NCBI RefSeq assembly: GCF_000027125.1
Contig: NC_017626.1
Origin: Escherichia coli 042
GTDB lineage: Bacteria > Pseudomonadota > Gammaproteobacteria > Enterobacterales > Enterobacteriaceae
Length of the DNA: 64,000 nt
Direction: 5' to 3' (one strand)
Shown: positions 1-12,241 of the stretch, in pieces
Numbering within the stretch: the stretch's first letter is position 1
How the letters are laid out: each line of letters opens with the position of its first letter
Made by a program: the position numbers and the translations under genes
The notes under the pieces: generated by a model
The model's input: only the letters and a program-made list of their open reading frames with translations
Told to the model about the DNA's origin: nothing
Databases searched by the model: none

Positions 1-790
<790 letters not shown>

Positions 791-881
791 ACAACGCCGA
801 AGATGTTTTGGCGGATGAGAGAAGATTTTCAGCCTGATACAGATTAAATCAGAACGCAGAAGCGGTCTGATAAACAGAATT

Positions 882-1001
882 TGCCTGGCGGCCTTAGCGC
901 GGTGGTCCCACCTGACCCCATGCCGAACTCAGAAGTGAAACGCCGTAGCGCCGATGGTAGTGTGGGGTCTCCCCATGCGAGAGTAGGGAACTGCCAGGCA
1001 T
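882..1001 (+). rRNA. rrf: 5S rRNA
   Basis: 120-nt match to E. coli 5S (TGCCTGGCGGCC...GGAACTGCCAGGCAT). Confidence 0.93.
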
Positions 1002-1013
1002 CAAATTAAGCAG

Positions 1014-1041
1014 AAGGCCATCCGTCAGGATGGCCTTTTTG
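1014..1041 (+). terminator. rrn operon intrinsic terminator
   Basis: GC stem GGCCATCC/GGATGGCC with 4-nt loop followed by TTTTT, directly after 5S. Confidence 0.8.
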
Positions 1042-1101
1042 CGCTGGAGCAGAAGAAGGCCGGATGCGACGCTGGCTGCGTCTGATCCAGCCTACTCTTG
1101 C

Positions 1102-1629
1102 TTATCCGTCCTGATTTTGCATCCACTCCACCACAAAATCAGCCAGCCCCCCAACATCATTAATATCCAGTAACGCGACATCAAGATTAAGTGACACATC
1201 ACTGGCTACAGCAATAACATGTCTGTCTATCACTAATTCTTCCGGTCGATGTCCGGCTCCATCGCGAAAAAGCACAATCTTTGCGATCTCTTCATGCTTA
1301 AACCCTTCGACCAGAATCAAATCCAGCTTTGAGGTATCCATTCGACTTGCGAGAAAATGTAGATCCAGCTCTTCTTCGTCTGGTGTTTCCGTCATCAAGG
1401 CCCATCGCTGCTGGCTGGCAACGATGGTTTGTGCCGCGCCAGCCTTGCGCAGCTCATAGCTATCTTTGCCCGGTTTATCAACATCCATATCATGGTGCGT
1501 ATGCTTAATCAGCCCTGGACGGATCCCTCTGGCGCATAATGCCGGGATCAGTTTTTTCAGCAGCGTAGTTTTTCCAGTGCCGCTCCACGCGGCAAAGGCG
1601 AGTAACGGTATCATCGTTTTTCCTGCCAT
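1102..1629 (-). CDS. mobB: Molybdopterin-guanine dinucleotide biosynthesis adapter MobB
   Basis: 175-aa ORF, Walker A SGTGKTTL; overlaps mobA start. Confidence 0.9.
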   Translation of the reverse strand: MAGKTMIPLLAFAAWSGTGKTTLLKKLIPALCARGIRPGLIKHTHHDMDVDKPGKDSYELRKAGAAQTIVASQQRWALMTETPDEEELDLHFLASRMDTSKLDLILVEGFKHEEIAKIVLFRDGAGHRPEELVIDRHVIAVASDVSLNLDVALLDINDVGGLADFVVEWMQNQDG

Positions 1630-2195
1630 CGGGCAAGCTCCTCTGGCGTATTCACGTTAATAAATGCATCTTTATTATCGCTGAAATCAACCGCATGACC
1701 GCCAGCCAGACGCATAAATGCCATTACCCGGCGTTCTCCTGCTTGCAGATATTCCAGTAATAAAGGCTCAATTGCGCGGTTTACCAGAGCAATAGTCGGG
1801 TGATCGCGTTCACCGTCGTGGACCCACACGACAGGTGCCTCTTTGCGCTGATGATTAAGCCGGGCTGCTAAATCAGGGGGAATGTAAGGCGTATCGCACG
1901 GACAAAACAAAAACCACTCCCCCGTTTCCTGCTGCATTACTGAAAGCATTCCTGCCAGAGGGCCTGGGTAATCCGCCAGTGAATCTTCAATCACTTTCAG
2001 ACCGCTTGCCTGATAGATTTCCTGATGACGATTGGCATTAACCACGACGTGCGAGAGCTGCGTCATAAGCGCGTCAGCGACATGTTGCCACAGCGGTTTG
2101 CCGTTTAATTCAAGCAATCCTTTATCTACGCCGCCCATTCGTCTGGCTTTACCGCCCGCCAGCACAACGCCTGTTATCGTCGTCATCAGATTCAC
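1611..2195 (-). CDS. mobA: Molybdenum cofactor guanylyltransferase MobA
   Basis: 194-aa ORF with N-terminal [11 protein letters not shown] nucleotide-binding motif. Confidence 0.9.
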
Positions 2196-2264
2196 CGATA
2201 TCGCCTCTTTTATTGTGGGATTGACCCTGCTAACGTGTCTGTCTCAAGAGTAAGGAGCATTACT

Positions 2265-2534
2265 ATGAAATGTAAACGTCTGAATGAAGTTATTGAACTC
2301 CTCCAGCCAGCCTGGCAAAAAGAGCCAGACCTTAACCTGCTGCAATTTTTGCAGAAACTGGCGAAAGAGTCAGGTTTTGACGGCGAACTGGCGGATTTGA
2401 CGGATGACATTCTGATCTATCATCTGAAAATGCGTGATTCCGCGAAAGATGCGGTGATCCCGGGTTTGCAGAAAGATTATGAAGAAGATTTCAAAACGGC
2501 GCTGTTACGCGCTCGCGGCGTAATTAAAGAGTAA
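2265..2534 (+). CDS. yihD: Small conserved protein YihD
   Basis: 89-aa product starting [16 protein letters not shown] Shine-Dalgarno 8 nt upstream; ORF-track start at 2235 judged too early. Confidence 0.8.
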
Positions 2535-2610
2535 AAGCTTGTAAGCGGCGCCACCAAAATCATCGTGAAATGATATCCTTCATCATTCGTAATGTTTTCC
2601 GGATGATGGG

Positions 2611-3597
2611 ATGAACAACAGCGCTTTTACTTTCCAGACACTACACCCGGATACCATCATGGATGCTCTATTTGAGCAAGGGATCCGGGTGGATTCCGGT
2701 CTTACCCCGCTTAACAGCTATGAAAACCGTGTCTATCAATTTCAGGACGAAGATCGTCGACGTTTTGTCGTCAAATTTTATCGCCCTGAACGTTGGACAG
2801 CCGATCAAATCCTCGAAGAACATCAATTTGCGTTGCAGTTGGTAAATGATGAAGTTCCGGTCGCAGCACCTGTGGCCTTTAACGGTCAGACTTTATTGAA
2901 TCATCAGGGATTTTATTTCGCTGTTTTTCCAAGCGTCGGTGGTCGCCAGTTCGAAGCTGATAATATCGATCAGATGGAAGCGGTTGGGCGTTATTTAGGG
3001 CGTATGCACCAGACGGGGCGCAAACAGCTTTTTATCCATCGCCCGACCATCGGTCTGAATGAATATCTCATTGAGCCTCGCAAGCTGTTTGAGGACGCTA
3101 CACTGATACCTTCCGGGTTGAAAGCGGCATTTCTGAAAGCGACAGATGAGCTGATCGCCGCCGTTACAGCACACTGGCGGGAAGATTTCACCGTTCTGCG
3201 GCTACATGGAGACTGCCACGCTGGGAATATTCTCTGGCGCGATGGTCCAATGTTTGTTGATCTGGATGATGCACGTAATGGTCCGGCTATTCAGGATTTG
3301 TGGATGTTGCTCAATGGCGATAAAGCCGAGCAGCGGATGCAACTGGAAACTATTATTGAAGCTTATGAAGAATTTAGCGAGTTCGACACCGCTGAAATCG
3401 GACTGATTGAACCTTTACGCGCCATGCGTTTGGTTTATTATCTTGCCTGGCTAATGCGGCGTTGGGCTGATCCCGCGTTCCCGAAAAATTTCCCGTGGTT
3501 AACCGGGGAAGATTACTGGCTGCGACAGACGGCGACTTTTATAGAACAGGCAAAAGTTCTACAAGAACCCCCTTTGCAATTAACACCTATGTATTAA
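2611..3597 (+). CDS. srkA: Stress-response Ser/Thr kinase SrkA (RdoA)
   Basis: 328-aa ORF; kinase-like HGDCHAGNILW and DLDD motifs. Confidence 0.88.
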   Translation: MNNSAFTFQTLHPDTIMDALFEQGIRVDSGLTPLNSYENRVYQFQDEDRRRFVVKFYRPERWTADQILEEHQFALQLVNDEVPVAAPVAFNGQTLLNHQGFYFAVFPSVGGRQFEADNIDQMEAVGRYLGRMHQTGRKQLFIHRPTIGLNEYLIEPRKLFEDATLIPSGLKAAFLKATDELIAAVTAHWREDFTVLRLHGDCHAGNILWRDGPMFVDLDDARNGPAIQDLWMLLNGDKAEQRMQLETIIEAYEEFSEFDTAEIGLIEPLRAMRLVYYLAWLMRRWADPAFPKNFPWLTGEDYWLRQTATFIEQAKVLQEPPLQLTPMY

Positions 3598-3613
3598 TCG
3601 GAGAGAGTAGATC

Positions 3614-4240
3614 ATGAAAAAGATTTGGCTGGCGCTGGCTGGTTTAGTTTTAGCGTTTAGCGCATCGGCGGCGCAGTATGAAGATGGTAAACAGTACACT
3701 ACCCTGGAAAAACCGGTAGCTGGCGCGCCGCAAGTGCTGGAGTTTTTCTCTTTCTTCTGCCCGCACTGCTATCAGTTTGAAGAAGTTCTGCATATTTCTG
3801 ATAACGTGAAGAAAAAACTGCCGGAAGGCGTGAAGATGACTAAATACCACGTCAACTTCATGGGTGGTGACCTGGGCAAAGATCTGACTCAGGCATGGGC
3901 AGTGGCGATGGCACTGGGCGTGGAAGACAAAGTCACTGTTCCGCTGTTTGAAGGCGTACAGAAAACCCAGACCATTCGTTCAGCATCTGATATCCGCGAT
4001 GTATTTATCAACGCAGGTATTAAAGGTGAAGAGTACGACGCGGCGTGGAACAGCTTCGTGGTGAAATCCCTGGTCGCTCAGCAGGAAAAAGCTGCAGCTG
4101 ACGTGCAATTGCGTGGCGTTCCGGCGATGTTTGTTAACGGTAAATATCAGCTGAATCCGCAGGGTATGGATACCAGCAATATGGATGTTTTTGTTCAGCA
4201 GTATGCTGATACGGTGAAATATCTGTCCGAGAAAAAATAA
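3614..4240 (+). CDS. dsbA: Periplasmic thiol:disulfide oxidoreductase DsbA
   Basis: 208-aa ORF, signal peptide, CPHC active site (FFCPHCYQF). Confidence 0.95.
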
Positions 4241-4257
4241 TTCAATGTAAATTACAT

Positions 4258-4288
4258 AAAGCCCGTGAATATTCACGGGCTTTTTTTA
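4258..4288 (+). terminator. dsbA intrinsic terminator
   Basis: Hairpin GCCCGTGAATATTCACGGGC followed by T-run. Confidence 0.8.
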
Positions 4289-4394
4289 TTATTTAATAAA
4301 TATAAATACATTCTGATAATGCGTCCTGCCGCTGGACATTATTTCAGCATAAGTGGATATTCAAAGTTTTGCTGTTTTATCAGGGAATATTTAT

Positions 4395-5825
4395 ATGATA
4401 CGTAAGTCAGCTACAGGTGTTATTGTTGCGTTAGTCGTAATCTGGGGTGGTGGCACATGGTACACAGGTACGCAAATTCAGCCTGGTGTCGAAAAGTTTA
4501 TTAAAGATTTTAACGATGCTAAAAAGAAAGGTGAACATGCCTACGATATGACGTTAAGTTATAAAAACTTTGACAAAGGCTTTTTTAATTCTCATTTTCA
4601 AATGCAAATAACATTTGATAACGGTGCACCCGATCTCAATATCAAGCCAGGCCAGAAAGTTGCATTTGAAGTGGATGTTGAGCACGGTCCGTTGCCCATC
4701 ACAATGTTAATGCGTGGTAATGTCATCCCCGCACTGGCAGTGGCAAAAGTGAACTTAGTGAATAATGAACTGACACAACCGCTATTTATCGCCGCAAAAA
4801 ATAAATCGCCCTTGGAAGCGACATTGCGATTCGCGTTTGGTGGCTCATTCTCCACGACATTAGATGTTGCCCCTGCAAAATATGGAAAGTTTTCTTTTGG
4901 TGAGGGCCAGTTTACTTTTAATGGTGATGGTAGTTCATTATCTAACCTGGATATTGAAGGCAAAGTCGAAGATATTGTTTTGGAATTATCGCCATTGAAC
5001 AAAGTAACGGCGAAAAGTTTTACCATTGATTCTCTAACGCGATTAGAAGAAAAGAAATTTCCGGTTGGCGAAAGCGAGTCGAAATTTAACCAGATTAACA
5101 TTATCAATCACGGGGAAGACGTTGCCCAAATCGATGCTTTCGTTGCAAAAACCAGGCTGGATCGCGTTAAAGACAAAGATTATATCAATGTCAATCTGAC
5201 CTACGAACTTGATAAGTTAACAAAAGGGAATCAGCAACTCGGTAGTGGTGAGTGGTCATTGATTGCTGAATCTATTGATCCCTCAGCGGTGCGCCAATTT
5301 GTCATCCAGTATAACATTGCGATGCAGAAGCAGCTTGCTGCACACCCTGAGTTAGCAAACGATGAAGTTGCTCTGCAAGAAGTGAATGCTGCATTGTTCA
5401 AAGAGTATTTACCGTTATTACAAAAAAGTGAGCCGACCATTAAACAACCGGTAAGATGGAAGAATGCACTCGGCGAACTAAATGCCAATCTGGATATCAG
5501 TATTGCCGACCCAGCCAAATCCTCATCATCCACAAACAAAGATATTAAATCGCTCAATTTTGATGTGAAGTTACCGCTTAATGTCGTCACAGAAACCGCA
5601 AAACAGCTTAATTTATCTGAAGGAATGGATGCTGAAAAAGCGCAAAAGCGGGCTGATAAACAAATCAGCGGGATGATGACATTAGGTCAGATGTTTCAGT
5701 TAATCACGATTGACAACAATACCGCCTCGCTGCAACTGCGTTATACACCGGGTAAAGTTGTTTTTAACGGACAGGAAATGAGCGAAGAAGAATTTATGTC
5801 TCGTGCCGGACGTTTTGTTCATTAA
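4395..5825 (+). CDS. yihF: DUF945-family secreted/periplasmic protein YihF
   Basis: Product starts MIRKSATGVIVALVVIWGG (signal/anchor); ORF-track start at 4353 trimmed to internal ATG. Confidence 0.8.
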   Translation: MIRKSATGVIVALVVIWGGGTWYTGTQIQPGVEKFIKDFNDAKKKGEHAYDMTLSYKNFDKGFFNSHFQMQITFDNGAPDLNIKPGQKVAFEVDVEHGPLPITMLMRGNVIPALAVAKVNLVNNELTQPLFIAAKNKSPLEATLRFAFGGSFSTTLDVAPAKYGKFSFGEGQFTFNGDGSSLSNLDIEGKVEDIVLELSPLNKVTAKSFTIDSLTRLEEKKFPVGESESKFNQINIINHGEDVAQIDAFVAKTRLDRVKDKDYINVNLTYELDKLTKGNQQLGSGEWSLIAESIDPSAVRQFVIQYNIAMQKQLAAHPELANDEVALQEVNAALFKEYLPLLQKSEPTIKQPVRWKNALGELNANLDISIADPAKSSSSTNKDIKSLNFDVKLPLNVVTETAKQLNLSEGMDAEKAQKRADKQISGMMTLGQMFQLITIDNNTASLQLRYTPGKVVFNGQEMSEEEFMSRAGRFVH

Positions 5826-5831
5826 AATACT

Positions 5832-5860
5832 CACTCGCCTCTGCTCATTCAGAGGCGAGT
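5832..5860. terminator. Bidirectional terminator between convergent yihF and yihG
   Basis: Palindrome ACTCGCCTCTG...CAGAGGCGAGT. Confidence 0.7.
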
Positions 5861-5865
5861 AAAAC

Positions 5866-6798
5866 TTACTTATTCTGACGCTGTGATGACATCAACGACG
5901 TCAGAAGTCGGTCTTTTTCCTGCCACAGTGAGTTCAGCCATTGCTGAAAATGGCGCTTAAAGCTTTTGTCATTGATGTAGTCGCCATGTAACTCATCGGC
6001 AATAGGCTGTAAATCCACATGTACGACAATTCGCGTCAGTTTACCGCTTAACATATCGAAGAACGGCTGACGGTTATTGTCCGGATAACATAGCGTAACA
6101 TTAAGCAGTTTATCGAATTGTTTACCCAGTACATTTAGCGCCATCGCAATGCCTGCCGCCTTTGGTGGCAACAAGTTTTGAAAAGTGGAGTGCGTTTGCT
6201 GATGTTTTTCTTGCGTGAAACGGGAGCCTTCAACGAAATTAACAATGGTGGTGGGATGCAGGCGAAACTTTTCACAAGAACGCCGAGTAGTTTCAACATC
6301 TTTACCACGTCTCTCCGGATGACGTAATAAATAAGCGCGGGAATAACGCTTCATAAACGGCATATCCAGCGCCCAGCATGCCAGGCCAAGAAAAGGCACC
6401 CAGGCCAGCTGCTGCTTGAGGAAATATTTATTCATCGGAATGTGCTTACGAAACAGCACGCACAGTACGACAATATCTGCCCAACTACGGTGGTTACAAA
6501 TAAGCAGATACCAGTTTTTCTTACTTAACCCTTCCAGCCCGTGAACTTCCCATTGCAGGTGTGGGTTCAAATGCAGTAATACCGCCAGACCTTCACACCA
6601 GCAATACATCATAAAATCACAAAAACGCGAAACCTTTCGCCAAATGACTGGCACAGGAAGCAATAGTTTTACAATCCCGGCAATGATGATCGGGACGGAG
6701 CAAAAAATAGTGACCAAAATGGTCAATACGATACTCAGCAAAAGGGTTATCGCAGCGAGTATTCTCGTCATAATGAATTTATTCAAAAAGTTAGCCAT
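5866..6798 (-). CDS. yihG: Membrane acyltransferase YihG (PlsC-like)
   Basis: 310-aa product from [16 protein letters not shown] acyltransferase motif; N-terminal TM segments. Confidence 0.85.
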   Translation of the reverse strand: MANFLNKFIMTRILAAITLLLSIVLTILVTIFCSVPIIIAGIVKLLLPVPVIWRKVSRFCDFMMYCWCEGLAVLLHLNPHLQWEVHGLEGLSKKNWYLLICNHRSWADIVVLCVLFRKHIPMNKYFLKQQLAWVPFLGLACWALDMPFMKRYSRAYLLRHPERRGKDVETTRRSCEKFRLHPTTIVNFVEGSRFTQEKHQQTHSTFQNLLPPKAAGIAMALNVLGKQFDKLLNVTLCYPDNNRQPFFDMLSGKLTRIVVHVDLQPIADELHGDYINDKSFKRHFQQWLNSLWQEKDRLLTSLMSSQRQNK

Positions 6799-7161
6799 AG
6801 ACAGTGCGCTAAAGAAGCGCAAGGCGCAGATTTTAGCAGAAAACGACCCAAATAACGGATGATCCTTAAGGAGAAAAATAATTCATATCTATCCACATTA
6901 GAAAAAATCCCATTATCTCAATTATTAGGGATGGTCTTATTTTTAACTTCATGAAAAACAAAGACAAACATCATGCTGTAAAAAGCATGATAATAAATTA
7001 AAAGCGATGTAAATAATTTATGCACAAAGTTATCCACATGACGATTTGCGAGCGATCCAGAAGATCTACAAAAGATTTTCACGAAAAGCGGTGAAAAACT
7101 CATGTTTTCATCCTGTCTGTGGCATCCTTTACCCATAATCTGATAAACAGGCACGGACATT

Positions 7162-9948
7162 ATGGTTCAGATCCCCCAAAATCCACTTATCCTTGTAGAT
7201 GGTTCATCTTATCTTTATCGCGCATATCACGCGTTTCCCCCGCTGACTAACAGCGCAGGCGAGCCGACCGGTGCGATGTATGGTGTCCTCAACATGCTGC
7301 GCAGTCTGATCATGCAATATAAACCGACGCATGCAGCGGTGGTCTTTGACGCCAAGGGAAAAACCTTTCGTGATGAACTGTTTGAACATTACAAATCACA
7401 TCGCCCGCCAATGCCGGACGATCTGCGTGCACAAATCGAACCCTTGCACGCGATGGTTAAAGCGATGGGACTGCCGCTGCTGGCGGTTTCTGGCGTAGAA
7501 GCGGACGACGTTATCGGTACTCTGGCGCGGGAAGCCGAAAAAGCCGGGCGTCCGGTGCTGATCAGCACTGGCGATAAAGATATGGCGCAGCTGGTGACGC
7601 CAAATATTACGCTTATCAATACCATGACGAATACCATCCTCGGACCGGAAGAGGTGGTGAATAAGTACGGCGTGCCGCCAGAACTGATCATCGACTTCCT
7701 GGCGCTGATGGGTGACTCCTCTGATAACATCCCTGGCGTACCGGGCGTCGGTGAAAAAACCGCGCAGGCATTGCTGCAAGGTCTTGGCGGGCTGGATACG
7801 CTGTATGCCGAGCCAGAAAAAATTGCTGGGTTGAGCTTCCGTGGCGCGAAAACAATGGCAGCGAAGCTCGAGCAAAACAAAGAAGTTGCTTATCTCTCAT
7901 ACCAGCTGGCGACGATTAAAACCGACGTTGAACTGGAGCTGACCTGTGAACAACTGGAAGTGCAGCAACCGGCGGCGGAAGAGTTGTTGGGGCTGTTCAA
8001 AAAGTATGAGTTCAAACGCTGGACTGCTGATGTCGAAGCGGGCAAATGGTTACAGGCTAAAGGGGCGAAACCCGCAGCCAGGCCGCAGGAAACCAGTGTT
8101 GCAGACGAAGCGCCAGAAGTGACGGCAACGGTGATTTCTTATGACAACTACGTCACCATCCTTGATGAAGAAACACTGAAAGCGTGGATTGCGAAGCTGG
8201 AAAAAGCGCCGGTATTTGCATTTGATACCGAAACCGACAGCCTCGATAACATCTCTGCCAACCTGGTCGGGCTTTCTTTTGCTATCGAGCCAAGCGTAGC
8301 GGCATATATTCCGGTTGCTCATGATTATCTTGATGCGCCCGATCAAATCTCTCGCGAGCGTGCACTCGAGTTGCTAAAACCGCTGCTGGAAGATGAAAAG
8401 GCGCTGAAGGTCGGGCAAAACCTGAAATACGATCGCGGTATTCTGGCGAATTACGGCATTGAGCTGCGTGGGATTGCGTTTGATACCATGCTGGAGTCCT
8501 ACATTCTCAATAGCGTTGCCGGGCGTCACGATATGGACAGCCTCGCGGAACGTTGGTTGAAGCACAAAACCATCACTTTTGAAGAGATTGCGGGTAAAGG
8601 CAAAAATCAACTGACCTTTAACCAGATTGCCCTCGAAGAGGCCGGACGTTACGCCGCCGAAGATGCGGATGTCACCTTGCAGTTGCATCTGAAAATGTGG
8701 CCGGATCTGCAAAAACACAAAGGGCCGTTGAACGTCTTCGAGAATATCGAAATGCCGCTGGTGCCGGTGCTTTCACGCATTGAACGTAACGGTGTGAAGA
8801 TCGATCCGAAAGTGCTGCACAATCATTCTGAAGAGCTCACTCTTCGTCTGGCTGAGCTGGAAAAGAAAGCGCATGAAATTGCAGGTGAGGAGTTTAACCT
8901 TTCCTCCACCAAGCAGTTGCAAACCATTCTGTTTGAAAAACAGGGAATTAAACCGCTGAAGAAAACGCCGGGTGGCGCGCCGTCAACGTCGGAAGAGGTA
9001 CTGGAAGAACTGGCGCTGGACTATCCGTTGCCAAAAGTGATTCTGGAGTATCGTGGTCTGGCGAAGCTGAAATCGACCTACACCGACAAGCTGCCGCTGA
9101 TGATCAACCCGAAAACCGGGCGTGTACATACCTCTTATCACCAGGCAGTAACTGCAACGGGACGTTTATCGTCAACCGATCCTAACCTGCAAAACATTCC
9201 GGTGCGTAACGAAGAAGGTCGTCGTATCCGCCAGGCGTTTATTGGGCCAGAGGATTATGTGATTGTCTCGGCGGACTACTCGCAGATTGAACTGCGCATT
9301 ATGGCGCATCTCTCGCGTGACAAAGGCTTGCTGACCGCATTCGCGGAAGGAAAAGATATCCACCGGGCTACGGCGGCAGAAGTGTTTGGTTTGCCACTGG
9401 AAACCGTCACCAGCGAGCAACGCCGTAGCGCGAAAGCGATCAACTTTGGTCTGATTTATGGCATGAGTGCTTTCGGTCTGGCGCGGCAATTGAACATTCC
9501 ACGTAAAGAAGCGCAGAAGTACATGGACCTTTACTTCGAACGCTACCCTGGCGTGCTGGAGTATATGGAACGCACCCGTGCTCAGGCGAAAGAGCAGGGC
9601 TACGTTGAAACACTGGACGGACGCCGTCTGTATCTGCCGGATATCAAATCCAGCAATGGTGCTCGTCGTGCAGCGGCTGAACGTGCAGCCATTAACGCGC
9701 CAATGCAGGGAACCGCCGCCGACATTATCAAACGGGCGATGATTGCCGTTGATGCGTGGCTACAGGCTGAGCAACCGCGTGTGCGTATGATCATGCAGGT
9801 ACACGATGAACTGGTATTTGAAGTTCATAAAGATGATGTCGATGCCGTCGCGAAGCAGATTCATCAACTGATGGAAAACTGTACCCGTCTGGATGTGCCG
9901 TTGCTGGTGGAAGTGGGGAGTGGCGAAAACTGGGATCAGGCGCACTAA
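7162..9948 (+). CDS. polA: DNA polymerase I
   Basis: 928-aa ORF; 5'-3' exonuclease, 3'-5' exonuclease and polymerase ([23 protein letters not shown]) motifs. Confidence 0.97.
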   Translation: MVQIPQNPLILVDGSSYLYRAYHAFPPLTNSAGEPTGAMYGVLNMLRSLIMQYKPTHAAVVFDAKGKTFRDELFEHYKSHRPPMPDDLRAQIEPLHAMVKAMGLPLLAVSGVEADDVIGTLAREAEKAGRPVLISTGDKDMAQLVTPNITLINTMTNTILGPEEVVNKYGVPPELIIDFLALMGDSSDNIPGVPGVGEKTAQALLQGLGGLDTLYAEPEKIAGLSFRGAKTMAAKLEQNKEVAYLSYQLATIKTDVELELTCEQLEVQQPAAEELLGLFKKYEFKRWTADVEAGKWLQAKGAKPAARPQETSVADEAPEVTATVISYDNYVTILDEETLKAWIAKLEKAPVFAFDTETDSLDNISANLVGLSFAIEPSVAAYIPVAHDYLDAPDQISRERALELLKPLLEDEKALKVGQNLKYDRGILANYGIELRGIAFDTMLESYILNSVAGRHDMDSLAERWLKHKTITFEEIAGKGKNQLTFNQIALEEAGRYAAEDADVTLQLHLKMWPDLQKHKGPLNVFENIEMPLVPVLSRIERNGVKIDPKVLHNHSEELTLRLAELEKKAHEIAGEEFNLSSTKQLQTILFEKQGIKPLKKTPGGAPSTSEEVLEELALDYPLPKVILEYRGLAKLKSTYTDKLPLMINPKTGRVHTSYHQAVTATGRLSSTDPNLQNIPVRNEEGRRIRQAFIGPEDYVIVSADYSQIELRIMAHLSRDKGLLTAFAEGKDIHRATAAEVFGLPLETVTSEQRRSAKAINFGLIYGMSAFGLARQLNIPRKEAQKYMDLYFERYPGVLEYMERTRAQAKEQGYVETLDGRRLYLPDIKSSNGARRAAAERAAINAPMQGTAADIIKRAMIAVDAWLQAEQPRVRMIMQVHDELVFEVHKDDVDAVAKQIHQLMENCTRLDVPLLVEVGSGENWDQAH

Positions 9949-10095
9949 GATTCGCCTGAACATGCCCTTTTTTCGTAAGTAAGCAACATAAGCTGTCACG
10001 TTTTGTGATGGCTATTAGAAATTCCTATGCAACAACTGAAAAAAAATTACAAAAAGTGCTTTCTGAACTGAACAAAAAAGAGTAAAGTTAGTCGC

Positions 10096-10204
10096 GTAGG
10101 GTACAGAGGTAAGATGTTCTATCTTTCAGACCTTTTACTTCACGTAATCGGATTTGGCTGAATATTTTAGCCGCCCCAGTCAGTAATGACTGGGGCGTTT
10201 TTTA
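10096..10204 (+). ncRNA. spf: Spot 42 sRNA
   Basis: Recognised GTAGGGTACAGAGGTAAGATGTTCTATCTTTCAGACC... ending in hairpin CCCCAGTCAGTAATGACTGGGG plus T-run. Confidence 0.85.
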
Positions 10205-10227
10205 TTGGGCGAAAGAAAAGCTCCGTA

Positions 10228-10312
10228 ATGCCTGATGCGCCCTGTTTATCAGGCCAACGGTAGAAGTGTAATCTATTGAATTTACGGACCGGATACGCCA
10301 CATCCGGCACAA
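10228..10312. repeat. REP/BIME palindromic elements
   Basis: GCCTGATGCGCC...TATCAGGCC and CCGGATACGCCACATCCGGCA units. Confidence 0.7.
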
Positions 10313-10329
10313 GCATTAAGGCAAGAAAA

Positions 10330-10962
10330 TTATTCGCCGTCCTGCGTTTCTTCTACAGGCTGCATCTCGCTAAACCAGGTATCCAGTTTCTGCCGCAGCT
10401 TGTCCACGCCTTGTTTCTTCAGTGAAGAGAACGTTTCAACCTGCACATCACCGTTAAACGCCAGCACCGCTTCACGCACCATATTCAATTGCGCTTTACG
10501 TGCGCCGCTTGCCAGTTTGTCCGCTTTGGTCAGCAGCACCAGCACGGCGATATTGCTGTCTACCGCCCACTCAATCATCTGCTGATCCAAATCTTTCAGC
10601 GGATGGCGAATATCCATTAGCACCACCAGACCTTGCAGGCTCTGACGTTTTTCGAGGTATTCGCCGAGCGCGCGCTGCCATTTGCGCTTCATCTCTTCCG
10701 GGACTTCCGCGTAGCCATAGCCGGGCAAGTCAACCAGACGCTTGCCGTCAGCCACTTCAAACAGGTTGATAAGCTGGGTGCGCCCTGGGGTTTTTGAGGT
10801 CCGCGCCAGGCTTTTCTGGTTAGTCAGCGTGTTCAGCGCGCTGGATTTACCTGCGTTGGAACGGCCTGCAAAAGCCACTTCAATTCCGGTATCGGAAGGT
10901 AAGTGGCGAATATCAGGCGCACTCATCACAAAATGCGTCTGTTGATAATTCAAATTAGTCAA
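10330..10962 (-). CDS. engB: Ribosome-biogenesis GTPase EngB (YihA)
   Basis: 210-aa ORF; G1 motif [10 protein letters not shown]3 DLPGYG, G4 TKADK. Confidence 0.92.
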
Positions 10963-11232
10963 AGCGGTCGTCTCCGTCAGTCAAAGCTTTGCGGCGATTA
11001 TACCTGAACCATAATAAAAGGCGGATTTTTCGGCGTGAGCGTTGTAAGTAAAAGCCATACGCTTTGTGAGACATTGCCGATAGTCTTTATGCGAAATAGC
11101 AGAGAAAATTCTGCGATGCATGTCAAATAAGCTATATAAATCAGTTAATTGCTTTTATATAAAACTCTGAAAATGTGCAAATACTGATGGCGGTTGATTG
11201 TTTGTTTAAAGCAAAGGCGTAAAGTAGCACCC

Positions 11233-11477
11233 ATAGAGCGAGGACGCTAACAGGAACAATGACTCAGGATGAGGGTCAGGAGCGCCAGGAGGCGAAGACA
11301 GAGGATTGTCAGGAAGACAAACGTCCGGAGACGTAATTAAACGGAAATGGAATCAACACGGATTGTTCCGGCTAATGGAAAAACAGGGTGTGTTGGCGGC
11401 CTGCAAGGATTGTAAGACCCGTTAAGGGTTATGAGTCAGGAAAAAAGGCGACAGAGTAATCTGTCGCCTTTTTTCTT
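11233..11477 (+). ncRNA. csrC: CsrC sRNA (CsrA-sequestering)
   Basis: About 245 nt dense in GGA/AGGA motifs (AGGACGC, CAGGATGA, CAGGAGCG, CAGGAAGA...), ending in hairpin GGCGACAGAGTAATCTGTCGCC plus T-run. Confidence 0.8.
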
Positions 11478-11543
11478 TGCTTGCTTTCTGTTAGATTCCG
11501 CCGCAAATCTATACTGAATAAAACGGCTAAAAGACGAACCATT

Positions 11544-12053
11544 ATGAAACCATCATCTTCAAACTCACGCAGCAAAGGTCATGCAAAAGCGCGTCGAAAA
11601 ACACGCGAGGAGCTGGATCAGGAAGCTCGTGACCGTAAGCGTCAGAAAAAACGTCGTGGTCATGCGCCGGGCAGCCGCGCAGCGGGCGGTAACACCACGT
11701 CAGGCAGCAAAGGCCAGAACGCACCGAAAGATCCACGTATTGGCAGTAAAACCCCTATTCCATTGAGCGTGACTGAAAAAGTCACCAAACAGCACAAACC
11801 GAAGAGTGAGAAACCTATGCTTTCACCGCAGGCGGAGTTGGAATTACTGGAAACGGATGAGCGTCTGGATGCGCTGCTGGAACGTCTGGAAGCAGGCGAA
11901 ACCCTGAGTGCCGAAGAGCAATCCTGGGTGGATGCCAAACTGGATCGTATTGATGAGTTGATGCAGAAACTCGGCCTCTCTTATGACGATGACGAAGAAG
12001 AGGAAGAAGACGAGAAGCAAGAAGACATGATGCGTCTGCTGCGGGGCAACTAA
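11544..12053 (+). CDS. yihI: Der GTPase-activating protein YihI
   Basis: 169-aa product starting [19 protein letters not shown]; basic N-terminus, acidic C-terminus. Confidence 0.85.
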   Translation: MKPSSSNSRSKGHAKARRKTREELDQEARDRKRQKKRRGHAPGSRAAGGNTTSGSKGQNAPKDPRIGSKTPIPLSVTEKVTKQHKPKSEKPMLSPQAELELLETDERLDALLERLEAGETLSAEEQSWVDAKLDRIDELMQKLGLSYDDDEEEEEDEKQEDMMRLLRGN

Positions 12054-12241
12054 CGGATTGCCGCCGTGGGCCTTCCCGTTCTGCTGATAACCCTTCCGGT
12101 TATATGTTATCTGGTGTGGTTATTCGTTAAACTACAGCGGTTGTCGCGGCGACAAAAGTGGCTGCGCAACCGGCTGATGACCCGAAACGGGCATCCGCCG
12201 GTACGCCGTAGCCGCCAGAGACGCCATCGGAAGGAGTGAGC

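Noticed and set aside
10400-10945. Plus-strand ORFs (61-89 aa) antisense to engB
   Set aside because: Overlap a well-supported GTPase gene on the opposite strand; no start signals.
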